This document shows positions 1 through 8,969 of a DNA stretch of 37,087 nucleotides, in pieces (within the stretch, counting starts at the first letter, position 1; the number at the start of each line of letters is the position of its first letter). The notes beneath the pieces were generated by a model. It was given only the letters and a program-made list of their open reading frames with translations. It was not told the DNA's origin and ran no database searches. Both the position numbers and the translations under genes were made by a program. Source of the DNA: a virus (Duplodnaviria > Caudoviricetes); the IMG/VR virus record IMGVR_UViG_3300034411_000443, positions 1 through 37,087 of that record; one strand, given 5' to 3'.

Positions 1-16
1 TATATATATATATATA
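1..16. repeat. (TA)8 run at left end
   Basis: tatatatatatatata at 1-16, mirrored by (TA)7 at the right end. This suggests the two contig ends join. Confidence 0.9.
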
Positions 17-55
17 GTTTTTTCGGACTACTATCAGATCAATTAAATAGTTAAC

Positions 56-1213
56 CTATTCGCTTTTAAGATTTAGTCGTAAAGAGTAGGTAGTTTGATT
101 GCCTGGGCCACCCTTTTCGATGTCAATTTTGTCCTTAATTTCGGATAGAATTTTGGTAAAAATGTGGTTATCTATTCGATTATTTGTTTGCTCTTTTAGG
201 AGGGCAATTGCTCGCTCTCTTCCGATAATCGGCTTATCTTTTAACAGCTCAAGGAACTTATCGGATAAGGCCTCATTAACCTTTTTTTGGATTGTGGAGG
301 TTTGACCTGGCTTTCTAAACTTGGCCTCGAGGTCGGGTTTATGGTGGAAGAGCGGGAAGGTATCGGCAGAGAATTCGAGGACCTTGGGCGGGGCAAATGG
401 GCAGTTTCGGGAGGTTGTTTCGAGGACTAAGTGTTCCTCCTCTTCGTGTGAAGTTAGGGTAAGGATAGCGTCAGGATCCCGGGCAAAGACACCTGAGCCG
501 GATGCTCGGTCGATATGATCGGTTTCTGATTTGTTTCCTTTGGAGAAATGATGGGCAAATACTATGGCGGCACCGGTTTCCTCGGAGAAATCCTCGATTA
601 GATTTACGATTTCGCCTACTGCCTTGGCATCGTTTTCATCAATACCGGTTGCCAGCTTGTAGTATGGGTCGAGGATAATTAAGTCATATTCCCGCTTATC
701 CACTCGGATCTTAGTTAGGAGGTCGAGGAGCTCAGTCCTGTGGCCTCGTAGTGGCCAATAGTCTAAATGATGGTTGGGCTTAATCTCTCCTTTAAACATC
801 GCCTTGGCTACCCGCTTAATCCTGTCAGTACCAAAGTATTTCTTCAACTCGAAGTCCAGGTATAAGACTTTACTCTGCTTAACCGGCATCCCCAGCCACG
901 GCATCCCATTGGATGCGGCGATGGCCAAGTTAATTAAGGACCAAGTCTTACCGGCCTTACTTGAGCCTGATATAATCATTTTGCATCCTTCATGCAGACA
1001 TCCCTCGATAATCTCCTCAAGCTCATTGGCGGGGTTCGTTGCATAGTCCATGCATTGTCCGAATGACATGATATCGGGAAGTGGTTTCGGATCGTCATTC
1101 CTCACCTCGATGGATCGGTTTGGCATATTGGTGACAGTTGGGGAGTCGAGCATATATTCCAGTTCTACTGCTTTAAGCTGTGCTTTATAGTATGGGTCTG
1201 TTTCAGGTCTCAT
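56..1213 (-). CDS. AAA_25/RepA-like (RecA-fold) replicative helicase
   Basis: Walker A GSSKAGKT, Walker B LIILDP, AHHFSK and RASGSG motifs typical of RepA/AAA_25 helicases. Confidence 0.85.
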   Translation of the reverse strand: MRPETDPYYKAQLKAVELEYMLDSPTVTNMPNRSIEVRNDDPKPLPDIMSFGQCMDYATNPANELEEIIEGCLHEGCKMIISGSSKAGKTWSLINLAIAASNGMPWLGMPVKQSKVLYLDFELKKYFGTDRIKRVAKAMFKGEIKPNHHLDYWPLRGHRTELLDLLTKIRVDKREYDLIILDPYYKLATGIDENDAKAVGEIVNLIEDFSEETGAAIVFAHHFSKGNKSETDHIDRASGSGVFARDPDAILTLTSHEEEEHLVLETTSRNCPFAPPKVLEFSADTFPLFHHKPDLEAKFRKPGQTSTIQKKVNEALSDKFLELLKDKPIIGRERAIALLKEQTNNRIDNHIFTKILSEIKDKIDIEKGGPGNQTTYSLRLNLKSE

Positions 1214-1406
1214 CTGTATTATTTGGTTTTATGTTATTTTTGATTAATGTTAAAATTATTTGGGGCTTTAAATTTATGTCATTTCTGACAAGCACAATAG
1301 CATCCCCTTCGGCTAACCGGTCAGCCATATGCATCGCTTTAACGGGCTTAATCCCCAGTTTAATAAACCGTCGGACGATGGTTGCTTTAAGTAGGGTATT
1401 AATCAT
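1203..1406 (-). CDS. hypothetical protein (67 aa, MINTLLK...)
   Basis: ATG at 1406 lies directly after the stop of the upstream gene (1408). It fills the gap in a tightly packed operon. Confidence 0.65.
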   Translation of the reverse strand: MINTLLKATIVRRFIKLGIKPVKAMHMADRLAEGDAIVLVRNDINLKPQIILTLIKNNIKPNNTDET

Positions 1407-1407
1407 T

Positions 1408-2235
1408 TTAGACCCCACAAAGACCCTCGCATTCAGCTTTAAAGTCCCAAGTGAGTTGACCCTTTTCCTCATCTGTCCGTAAATCTACTTCATCTAGTGG
1501 CTTGCAAGATTGATGCAAGAATACGGGCATTTTCATTTTGTCGTAAGTTAAAAACTGTTTGCGTATTTTATAATCAAAATCAATAGCCTTTTGAAATTCG
1601 TCAGGTTCGTTATCTCGAAGGTATCGCCAGTCTTCGTTATTGTGGAATGGGCAGTAATAACAAGCTGATCGAGGAGGCTCTGGGTATCCGTTTTTCTTTA
1701 GCCACTTCTTACAATCTACCCTAGTCATTCTTTTCTCGATTAAAGGATATCTTTTTTCTGACCAAGGTACTCTTGAATCTTTCATCCTTTGCATTTCATC
1801 CCAAGATATCCCAATCCATTCCGATACGGTTACTTCTTTTTGCCCTCTTTTAATTCCGCAATGTTTTTTAAGGAACTTATAAATTGGTTGAATCTTAAAG
1901 TCATTTGTGCATTGCCTACCAATCGCCCCTGTTTTTTTACCATTTGGTAATATTCCAAATAGCGGAATCTCCTTTGCCATGTAGGACATTCCATCTTTTT
2001 TTCTTTTGAACGGCTTTAGGCTTTTTTCCGTTAAACTTCCAGCAGTTACAGTTATAACAGGAAAAGGTAACACTTCTTTGAGCCACTCAAGGTGCTTGTA
2101 AACGCTTTTTGGTTCTGCTTGTGTGTCACTAAATACGCACACTAAATCATCATTCGGTAAAATCTCACCATGCATCGCCATTAATGCCATAGCAGATGAC
2201 TGAACACCCGCACCTAAACTTAATATATTTTTCAT
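1408..2235 (-). CDS. PAPS-reductase-like / PP-loop adenine nucleotide alpha-hydrolase family protein
   Basis: N-terminal SLGAGVQS PP-loop variant, FSDT, CT..FKIQPI, IGIS.DE..R, YPL, RSACYYCPF, C-terminal CEGLCG. Confidence 0.8.
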   Translation of the reverse strand: MKNILSLGAGVQSSAMALMAMHGEILPNDDLVCVFSDTQAEPKSVYKHLEWLKEVLPFPVITVTAGSLTEKSLKPFKRKKDGMSYMAKEIPLFGILPNGKKTGAIGRQCTNDFKIQPIYKFLKKHCGIKRGQKEVTVSEWIGISWDEMQRMKDSRVPWSEKRYPLIEKRMTRVDCKKWLKKNGYPEPPRSACYYCPFHNNEDWRYLRDNEPDEFQKAIDFDYKIRKQFLTYDKMKMPVFLHQSCKPLDEVDLRTDEEKGQLTWDFKAECEGLCGV

Positions 2236-2242
2236 AAAATTA

Positions 2243-3097
2243 TCATTCCCGCCAAAATAAGATTGGTTGCTGGGCAGAATATTTCTCGCCCTTCTCGGTC
2301 TTCGGTTTTCTCGTTCCCCAAGGCAGTCGGACTAATCCGAGGGGTGAATTATAAATCGATGGATCGGCTCCGAGCTTCATACTCATATGTTTAAACTGCT
2401 CGGCTTTCCCTGGTATCCAATCGTACCAGCAGTGAAGACTCTGACCGCCACTATCGACTATCATCTTTAGCGGGCAGATTGATTCGAGGGCAAGTGCCGG
2501 TCCAATCTGATCAGCCTTTGTCCAAGTCGGGTCATCGATTTCGTGGACTAAATACATCCGCTCACCGGCATTCTCTTTTACACGAGGACCGATATCCTTG
2601 AATGGATTGTAAGATATAAATTCCATCTGCCCTACCCCTTGGGATATTCCCCAATCGCCCGCTGACTTGATCATCGTATTATATTTATCCGCTTGGATGT
2701 TTATCCATTGGTCAGGCTTGAAGAGTTTGGAAACCGCTTCCTCGGCATTCAAAGGAATGGCGGAGGAGCGGAGCTGTAGCATTTCGAGATCCTCGGGTGT
2801 ACCCTTTGCGTTAGATGAGATTCCAGTATCAATTGATACTTTCTTGGTCGGACTGATAATCTTCTCACCTGACAGGATTTGATATGCACCGGTTAGAGCA
2901 TTGCGGATTTCGTTTGGCTGGAGCGGTCGGCGGGTAAATTCCTTGGCCACCTCGATGCAGTAATCATGTGCCTTTTCAAAGTCCGATTGATGCATGGCGG
3001 CACGGAGGGTGAGGCGGGCAATAAAGGTATGATGGCCAAAGTCTCCTTGCGGGAGTCGGTCGAAGAATCCCGCCATATCTGCTGATAGGATAGCCAT
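2243..3097 (-). CDS. AEP-superfamily (RepB'-like) DNA primase
   Basis: Acidic motif LVHEIDD, DSGGQSLHCWY and LVRLPWG match AEP primase motifs I-III. The gene lies near the helicase. Confidence 0.7.
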   Translation of the reverse strand: MAILSADMAGFFDRLPQGDFGHHTFIARLTLRAAMHQSDFEKAHDYCIEVAKEFTRRPLQPNEIRNALTGAYQILSGEKIISPTKKVSIDTGISSNAKGTPEDLEMLQLRSSAIPLNAEEAVSKLFKPDQWINIQADKYNTMIKSAGDWGISQGVGQMEFISYNPFKDIGPRVKENAGERMYLVHEIDDPTWTKADQIGPALALESICPLKMIVDSGGQSLHCWYDWIPGKAEQFKHMSMKLGADPSIYNSPLGLVRLPWGTRKPKTEKGEKYSAQQPILFWRE

Positions 3098-3321
3098 TAG
3101 TCGGAACCCTCGCCCTCTATAAACTGGGCTATATATTCAGTCAGCTTCGTAATCGCCTCGGCCTCGATCTTGCGAATTGTTCTCCTAGGTATCCCTGATT
3201 TATCTGCCAGTTCCCTTTGGGACATTCCGGCATGATCCTCGGGGAGTTTAAGAAGCATATTTTTCAGCTTCGCTTCGGTGGCCATCTGCTTGGCTATGTC
3301 CTTAGATTTTCCCATCCTCAC
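3097..3321 (-). CDS. HTH protein resembling sigma-70 region 4
   Basis: MSQRELADKSGIPRRTIRKIEAEAITKL HTH pattern. Confidence 0.65.
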   Translation of the reverse strand: MRMGKSKDIAKQMATEAKLKNMLLKLPEDHAGMSQRELADKSGIPRRTIRKIEAEAITKLTEYIAQFIEGEGSD

Positions 3322-3811
3322 CCACCGACACCCATTGATCGATCATCCCTTTAGGTAGTCCCGCCTCTGAGACATGATTATCATTCGGATCGGGTTCATG
3401 TCCCTTCCGAGAGATGTGGACTATCTCTGTAAGCACTTCGTGGGTACATCCCCATCTTCGGATCGCCCATGCTTCGTTCGGAAATCTTATATCATCAAAT
3501 ACGATGGTCCGCTTGCCGATGTACGGGAGAGCCGCCTTATAGGCTAAGTCGATCCATATGTTCGGATAAACCCCTTCCCTTCCCCACTCCGTCCCGAGGC
3601 TTTGTAATAACTGCCTGGTATTAATATTGTCGGGAAAGTTGGGAATGGGTTCTTCTTTAAAGTGCAGATACTTTTCCCCCGGCAATATCACCTTGAGCAT
3701 TTCTTTGATGGGAGTGGCGAAAGATAGGGTTACCGCATCGACATAAGATTTAGCATATGTCGATTTGCCTACCATTTTTGGACCTGTCAGTCCGATAATT
3801 TTGTGGTTCAT
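3302..3811 (-). CDS. deoxynucleoside monophosphate kinase (T4 gp1-like)
   Basis: IIGLTGPKMVGKST P-loop, SFATPIK, RQLLQSLGTEWGR, DDIRFPNE, HVSE. Confidence 0.9.
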   Translation of the reverse strand: MNHKIIGLTGPKMVGKSTYAKSYVDAVTLSFATPIKEMLKVILPGEKYLHFKEEPIPNFPDNINTRQLLQSLGTEWGREGVYPNIWIDLAYKAALPYIGKRTIVFDDIRFPNEAWAIRRWGCTHEVLTEIVHISRKGHEPDPNDNHVSEAGLPKGMIDQWVSVGEDGKI

Positions 3812-3927
3812 GTAGTGTAGAATAGTGATGTTATTATTGTTAAAATGAATGCGACCACGATGTAGGCTAAGACGAGGACTGCGGTGATGAATAGGGCGAT
3901 TAACCCGATGGAGCGGAGGAGTTTCAT
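3808..3927 (-). CDS. small membrane protein (39 aa, MKLLRSIGLIALFITAVLVLAYIVVAFILTIITSLFYTT)
   Basis: Translated by hand; not in the ORF track. It has ATGA overlaps with both neighbours and one long hydrophobic stretch. Confidence 0.7.
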   Translation of the reverse strand: MKLLRSIGLIALFITAVLVLAYIVVAFILTIITSLFYTT

Positions 3928-4376
3928 TTCTCCGAAAAGTGAGTTAGGAGTGCCTTACTAAAATCCGTGCATGACTTAATAAAATTTCGATCTGACAGCT
4001 TTGCACATTTTTCTGTTAAGACTTTTATCTCGCTCTTTTTATCCTCACAATATTTGTCGATCCTATCTTTTTTCTCCTCTAGCTTTTTAAGTTCTTGCCC
4101 TAATTTAATCTTAAACTTATCGACTTGAGCAGATGCTTTTTCGACCTCCTTGTTTACTGAAATTAATTCCAGTTCTTTTCGGAGTATCTTAGATTCAATC
4201 TGAGGGGAAACAGGTATGCCCTTTGTCGGCTCAATTAAATCGAGGTCAAAGAATAAAGTTCGGACATTGCCCATCCCTTCCACTCGGACATATATTTTAT
4301 TATCCTCCGCCCGCCATGCGAATACGCTGTCGAATACAGCATCATGGCCTTTAGTCTCTACTTTCTTTTCGATCAT
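3924..4376 (-). CDS. hypothetical protein with C-terminal coiled coil
   Basis: 150-aa ORF abutting the polymerase stop; K/E-rich heptads. Confidence 0.7.
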   Translation of the reverse strand: MIEKKVETKGHDAVFDSVFAWRAEDNKIYVRVEGMGNVRTLFFDLDLIEPTKGIPVSPQIESKILRKELELISVNKEVEKASAQVDKFKIKLGQELKKLEEKKDRIDKYCEDKKSEIKVLTEKCAKLSDRNFIKSCTDFSKALLTHFSEK

Positions 4377-4377
4377 A

Positions 4378-6132
4378 TCAGTAATGCGTTTTAATTTCCC
4401 CCTCTGCCGCCAAGGGTAAACCAGGCATATAAAGAGGTTCTTCGGTTAGTAGTTGGATCATTAAATCGAGTGCTTGTTGCCCCTCCGATTCGGCAACTTC
4501 CACAGTTACGGAATCGTGGACATGAAGGACAACGGGCAGACCAGCGGCCTCAATTCTTAGAAGTGCATCCGCCATGATATCCCGAGCAGTTGCTTGAACT
4601 AAGTTTTCAACGAGAAGTCCGCCATACAGCTTCATCGACCCTTGCCCTCTTACCTTCTGACCGGTCAGTTCCTTGCCATTATCGTTTACATTGAAATATC
4701 GGATCAGATTCCCTGATCTCATGTTCATAATTGCACACTCGGGAGTCTGCTTGGCCTCCTCTCGGATGTGGTCCTCGCACTTCTTCCAAAGCTCGACAAT
4801 CTTGGGATTTTGATTCCTAAAATCTTTGACCTGTTTTCGGCTCTCAGCATCGGTCATATTTAGCTTTCCACCGGTAAGGGCTTGTGCCACTTGGCCGAAT
4901 TTCTTCGGACCGCATCCATATCCCAATCCCAACACACGGGCTTTACATAAGTGGCGGAGTTCGGGGGCTAAATCCTTCATTGGCTCATCCTCGTTATAGA
5001 GTCCAGTTGCACGGCCATGTGCTTCGTAAAGATCAATCCCGCCTCTGACCAAACCTAAGAAATCGAAGTCCCCGCATAGATAAGCCAGCACCCTCGGCTC
5101 GATTTGCGATAGGTCGGCAGAAACCATTACTCGGCCTTTACCAGGAGTCAGACATTTCTTTGCCGATGTACCCTCAACTTCGTCCCGAGGAATGCCCTGA
5201 AAGTTTAATCCACCCGCTCCACTCCAGCGACCGGTGTGTGGCGCACCGCAGTATTTCAGACGGGTGGAAACTCGATGGTCGGGACGGACTCGTAAGATCA
5301 TAGATATATAAGTCTGCCTCGCTTTATTGGCTTTCCTCCATCGGGTCATCGCTTCAAGGATCGGAGCATACTGCGGATTCTTAGCCTTCCATAGAAGCAG
5401 TTCAGAATCTCCCTCCTGAGTAGACTTCGGAGGTTCGACATTTTGCATCTTTAAATAGGCGGCCATTGCAACTGTCGAAGTGGGTTCTCCTCCACCTGGT
5501 CCAACCCAAGGCAGAAAGGTTTCGACCTCTTTCATAATCGCCTCAGTCTTATTTATATATTCTTGGCAAAGTTTCTGATCGATTGCCATCCCTCGGCTTG
5601 CCGTCCTTCGGGTAAATGCGGACAATAGAAATTCTTTCTCGGGGAAGGATATTTTCAGTTCATTATATATCCGAATACACGCTCGGGAATCCATCAGTGC
5701 ATACTCTTTAAACGATTCATTCTGAAGGATCTCTTCGGGGCGAAGTCCGCTCATTTCATTGCGGGCATCCTTATTCAACTCCTCGCCAAATAGTTCCTTA
5801 TGGCATCCCGCCAATGACCTCGGCAACTGATGCCAGCTCGCCATATCCGCCGTGCAAATCCATTCCTTCGGAGTGAACTGTGGCATCTGCCCCCGCGCCA
5901 TTGCCATTCGACAGCATACCGAATCAAACTCGGCATTATGGGCGCAGATTGATTGTCCGTTTAAGATATCGACCGGTAAGTCTCGGGGATCTCCAACCCA
6001 CTCGAATCCATCATCGGCTACCAGGGAAACTATGGTTACCCGAAAGTCAGGGTGCTTGGCATAGCGGTCGAGTCCCATCGTGGCCACGCTGTACTGCTTG
6101 GACCAAACTGTTTCAACATCAAGGGCGATCAA
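4378..6132 (-). CDS. polA: family A DNA polymerase with 3'-5' exonuclease domain
   Basis: Exo motifs ALDVET, AHNAEFD, YALMD. Polymerase motifs TGRWS, ADLSQIEPR, RHLCKARVLGLGYG, HVHDS. Start placed at TTG 6132 after an AAAGGAGG RBS, with a TTGA overlap with the upstream stop. Confidence 0.95.
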   Translation of the reverse strand: MIALDVETVWSKQYSVATMGLDRYAKHPDFRVTIVSLVADDGFEWVGDPRDLPVDILNGQSICAHNAEFDSVCCRMAMARGQMPQFTPKEWICTADMASWHQLPRSLAGCHKELFGEELNKDARNEMSGLRPEEILQNESFKEYALMDSRACIRIYNELKISFPEKEFLLSAFTRRTASRGMAIDQKLCQEYINKTEAIMKEVETFLPWVGPGGGEPTSTVAMAAYLKMQNVEPPKSTQEGDSELLLWKAKNPQYAPILEAMTRWRKANKARQTYISMILRVRPDHRVSTRLKYCGAPHTGRWSGAGGLNFQGIPRDEVEGTSAKKCLTPGKGRVMVSADLSQIEPRVLAYLCGDFDFLGLVRGGIDLYEAHGRATGLYNEDEPMKDLAPELRHLCKARVLGLGYGCGPKKFGQVAQALTGGKLNMTDAESRKQVKDFRNQNPKIVELWKKCEDHIREEAKQTPECAIMNMRSGNLIRYFNVNDNGKELTGQKVRGQGSMKLYGGLLVENLVQATARDIMADALLRIEAAGLPVVLHVHDSVTVEVAESEGQQALDLMIQLLTEEPLYMPGLPLAAEGEIKTHY

Positions 6133-6341
6133 ATCCGATCCTCCTTTAAAATGGTTTCTGCGGACATTACCGCATTCTGCAAAGTGGGATATTCCAGTTC
6201 GGGGAGGTCGGGGGTATCGAGCTTGACCCGCCAATTCATTTTGTCGGTGTCTAGGATCACATCCGCTTGCCGACTGCCCACTTTTACGACTACCTTCTCG
6301 CCCCGAGGTAATCCTCTGCCCATCTTATATAATGTTTTCAT
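6129..6341 (-). CDS. hypothetical protein (70 aa)
   Basis: Start and stop overlap both neighbours. Confidence 0.7.
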   Translation of the reverse strand: MKTLYKMGRGLPRGEKVVVKVGSRQADVILDTDKMNWRVKLDTPDLPELEYPTLQNAVMSAETILKEDRI

Positions 6342-6484
6342 TTCGTTATTTCCTTTTCCACCGCCTTAATAAATTGTTTAAGCGGGTCTTTATGCATCTT
6401 GCGGATCCGAGCGTTTCCGATCTGTGCGGTTAAAATATCCAGCCGCTTATATGCTTCAGCTATCTGTTCCTTTGTAATCGTCAT
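6338..6484 (-). CDS. hypothetical protein (48 aa, MTITKEQIAEAYKRL...)
   Basis: Translated by hand; ATGA overlap with 6129..6341; fills an operon gap. Confidence 0.6.
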   Translation of the reverse strand: MTITKEQIAEAYKRLDILTAQIGNARIRKMHKDPLKQFIKAVEKEITK

Positions 6485-6677
6485 ATTTCGTCCCTTTCTT
6501 ATTTCTGAAATCTAATTCACCCTTGGATTTAGGGCGGACCCTCGGCATGGTAGTCCGCACGGTCCGCCCTTCCCCATTCTCCCAAACCGTAGTCAGTTGG
6601 TTCTTCGCCCAAAAACGCTCATACGCTTCGGACACTTCCCTTGAGAGATTACTTCCGAAATCCGAGAAATCGCTCAC
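6456..6677 (-). CDS. hypothetical protein
   Basis: Track ORF 6456..6692; GTG at 6677 gives a GTGA overlap with the upstream stop. Confidence 0.6.
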   Translation of the reverse strand: MSDFSDFGSNLSREVSEAYERFWAKNQLTTVWENGEGRTVRTTMPRVRPKSKGELDFRNKKGTKYDDYKGTDS

Positions 6678-6895
6678 AGTGTGTCGTACCATTCCTTGAA
6701 CTCTTTGTCCTTCAGATGAAGGTCGGTAATGATCAGCCCGAGAATATACCGGCTAACCGATAATTCGTAAGACATGGCCAATCGCTTGACCCCATCCTTC
6801 ATTCGATTCGGGCAACAAATATTAATTGCCGACTCGTTCATTGCATCGCCGAATATATAACCAGGTGTCCTAAACCTTACTGACTTCTTCGCCAT
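6674..6895 (-). CDS. putative ribbon-helix-helix DNA-binding protein
   Basis: AINICCPNRMKDGVKRLAMSYELSVSRYILGLI fits the CopG/Arc strand-helix-helix pattern. Confidence 0.55.
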   Translation of the reverse strand: MAKKSVRFRTPGYIFGDAMNESAINICCPNRMKDGVKRLAMSYELSVSRYILGLIITDLHLKDKEFKEWYDTL

Positions 6896-7010
6896 CCTCG
6901 CATTCCTCCAATAATTCCTCTTCCCGCTTCGCTTTTGCCAATGTCATGGCACATCGATCATCCTCCTCCGGCTCTTCCAAAGGAACTTCATGCCAGTATT
7001 TATTCTCCAT
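6870..7010 (-). CDS. small acidic protein (46 aa, MENKYWHEVPLEEPEEDD...)
   Basis: Translated by hand; overlaps both neighbours; very Glu-rich. Confidence 0.55.
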   Translation of the reverse strand: MENKYWHEVPLEEPEEDDRCAMTLAKAKREEELLEECEDGEEVSKV

Positions 7011-7818
7011 GACTTCGAGGATCGTAGTTTTTAAGACTCCGCCAAAGCTGACAGAGAGCAGTAAAGTCGACCCATGCCTTGGCGAGGTCTTCGGGAGAAT
7101 ATTTAATTACCTCAAACCTACCAGGCTCAGTCGAACTGATGTAGCAGTTAGCTCCGTGGACGCTATGCCCCAACACCGCCTCTTCGCCCCAATAGGTTGC
7201 GGCATAGGCCGCTATCTGATGGATTTGAAAGTCATAAGACGACACCTTCACTCCTTTCTTGGTCTTACGAGTCTTCCAATCCAATATGAACTTAGCACCT
7301 TCCGCTCCCTGTCCGACAATATCGACTGTGCCGGCAAATCCATGATTCGTATTAACCAGCATCTTTTCAAACTCGATGAAGTTTAGACCATGCTCCTGTT
7401 TCCAATCAAGGGCGGGCTGAATATACTCTAATAGTTCATCGGGTATATGCTGACCGGTGAAATAAGCTTCAATCGCATCGTGAACCTTCGTCCCGAAGTC
7501 TGCCGCTTCTTCGACTGGTTTTTCATGCTGAACGAGGCATCGGTCTGCATAGTTTTCAAAACTCTCGTCAAGCTTCGCCGGATTATCGAATGCTATACGA
7601 AGTAGCTGGTCCTGTTTCCATCGCTCTAACCCCGGCTTGGCAAACAGGCCAAGAAGAGTTGTAACGGATGGGAATAGCCCCAACTTCTTAGCATCCCGAA
7701 GAGTAGTATTCCGTTCGCCGTCACCCTTTGCCCGAGGCATGGTATGCTTGGCCTTCCCCTCACGGGTGTACCAATGCCCACCTCCGCCTCGCTTAGGTTT
7801 TTCGGTTAGAATAGCCAC
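7000..7818 (-). CDS. PD-(D/E)XK exonuclease (RecB/Cas4-like phage family)
   Basis: FPSVTTLL, GTKVHDAIE, GFAGTVD, ILDWKT, QIAAYA. AAGGAGG precedes the GTG start. Confidence 0.9.
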   Translation of the reverse strand: MAILTEKPKRGGGGHWYTREGKAKHTMPRAKGDGERNTTLRDAKKLGLFPSVTTLLGLFAKPGLERWKQDQLLRIAFDNPAKLDESFENYADRCLVQHEKPVEEAADFGTKVHDAIEAYFTGQHIPDELLEYIQPALDWKQEHGLNFIEFEKMLVNTNHGFAGTVDIVGQGAEGAKFILDWKTRKTKKGVKVSSYDFQIHQIAAYAATYWGEEAVLGHSVHGANCYISSTEPGRFEVIKYSPEDLAKAWVDFTALCQLWRSLKNYDPRSHGE

Positions 7819-7885
7819 GGATTACCTCCTTCCCATATTTCCAAAGAAAGATTACCAGGTGGATCGCTCGTTTCAGATATTTCAT
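7793..7885 (-). CDS. possible 30-aa peptide (MKYLKRAIHLVIFLWKYGKEVIRGYSNRKT)
   Basis: ATGA overlap with 7882..8166; bridges to the exonuclease gene. Confidence 0.4.
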   Translation of the reverse strand: MKYLKRAIHLVIFLWKYGKEVIRGYSNRKT

Positions 7886-8166
7886 CCTAATTTAGCCTCC
7901 ACTCTCTTTACTAAGGATTGCAGTGAAGAATCCGTCTCAATGTATCCGCTGTAATTCTTCCAAGTAGATGAAACTTGACTGTGGTCACGATCAAATGCTT
8001 TCCCAATTTCCACACAAGTTTTACCCGTCTTTAATCTGCTAAGATAAATAGCGATAGAACGGGCGAGGGATACTTGTTTAGCTCTCCCCCGCCCATCTAT
8101 ATCACTTACCTCAACACCACATTCGTCAGCAGAAACTCTTTTAATATCCTCGATGGTCATGCTCAC
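7882..8166 (-). CDS. stand-alone DnaA C-terminal (domain IV) HTH protein
   Basis: IEDIKRVSADECGV...DI.G..R.K.V.LARSIAIYLSR..TG.T..EIGKAF.RDHSQV closely follows the DnaA domain IV signature (RDHTTV in bacteria). Confidence 0.85.
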   Translation of the reverse strand: MSMTIEDIKRVSADECGVEVSDIDGRGRAKQVSLARSIAIYLSRLKTGKTCVEIGKAFDRDHSQVSSTWKNYSGYIETDSSLQSLVKRVEAKLG

Positions 8167-8229
8167 AGCACCATGTCAGTTATTACAGCCGCCCATCCGA
8201 GTATTAATAAAAATGATATCGGATTCATC

Positions 8230-8925
8230 TTAGAAAGGTACATTCGTGGACTGAGGTCCAGTAAACTGAGTTCCCATTGTTGCCTGTTGAGGGGCGGGCT
8301 GTTGTACGGGTTCTTGTACGGCGGGAACCGGTTGAGGCTGATCAACATTCACTTGTGTTGCAGTTTGCATCACTTGAGCTTGAGGTGCTTGCTGAATCGG
8401 AGCTTGCATCGGTTGAACAGGTTGAACAACGGGAGCCTGTTGGATAGGTGCTGGTGCTTCGTCTCCACTGGGGATGACAAATCTTGATCTGTCAGGTACT
8501 TGAGCTTCCATCCCCGCCATGACCGGCATGATGGCTGTGATATCTGCATACTCACGACCTTTTTGGCTGGTCTTATTAATAATATTCAGAGTTGCTCCCT
8601 TGCCTACCATTGTTTCAGTGTCAAAGCCCGAAAAAGGCATAGTGCCGTTCCATGAGGTAAGAGTTTTAAACAGCTTACTTTTTTCATGGAGCGATATCAC
8701 CATTTCACCGGTTTGAATCATTGTTCCGTCAGTTAAGCCGAAAAGAAAACGGCAGAAGTTTTTAGTCTCAATGACAGATGGATCTTCGTATGAAGGTCTC
8801 TGAATATTCATTGAGTCTTTTACCGCTAAACAGACTGCAAAGGTCTGTCCTTGAGGGGCGAGTGTTGTGAGAGGCCAACCGGTTATCGGTCCACTTCCGT
8901 TAGATGATTGCTGTAGTATTGCCAT
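8230..8925 (-). CDS. putative ssDNA-binding / replication protein
   Basis: Beta-rich N-terminal domain (SLHEKSKL, GREYADI), Gln/Pro-rich linker, C-terminal VPF reminiscent of SSB tails. Lies between the exonuclease and resolvase genes. Confidence 0.55.
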   Translation of the reverse strand: MAILQQSSNGSGPITGWPLTTLAPQGQTFAVCLAVKDSMNIQRPSYEDPSVIETKNFCRFLFGLTDGTMIQTGEMVISLHEKSKLFKTLTSWNGTMPFSGFDTETMVGKGATLNIINKTSQKGREYADITAIMPVMAGMEAQVPDRSRFVIPSGDEAPAPIQQAPVVQPVQPMQAPIQQAPQAQVMQTATQVNVDQPQPVPAVQEPVQQPAPQQATMGTQFTGPQSTNVPF

Positions 8926-8969
8926 GATATGTATTTATTTCTATCTCCATTTTTACGGGTGGAGGCCCA

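Noticed and set aside
696-704. DnaA-box-like TTATCCACT
   Set aside because: A single mismatched copy inside a coding region, expected by chance.
6133-6234. N-terminal extension of the polymerase in the ORF track
   Set aside because: It overlaps the 70-aa gene; a strong RBS and TTGA coupling support the start at 6132.
7000-7818. Cas4 as a sign of a CRISPR system
   Set aside because: It lacks the four-Cys Fe-S pattern and any array, so it is read as an ordinary phage exonuclease.
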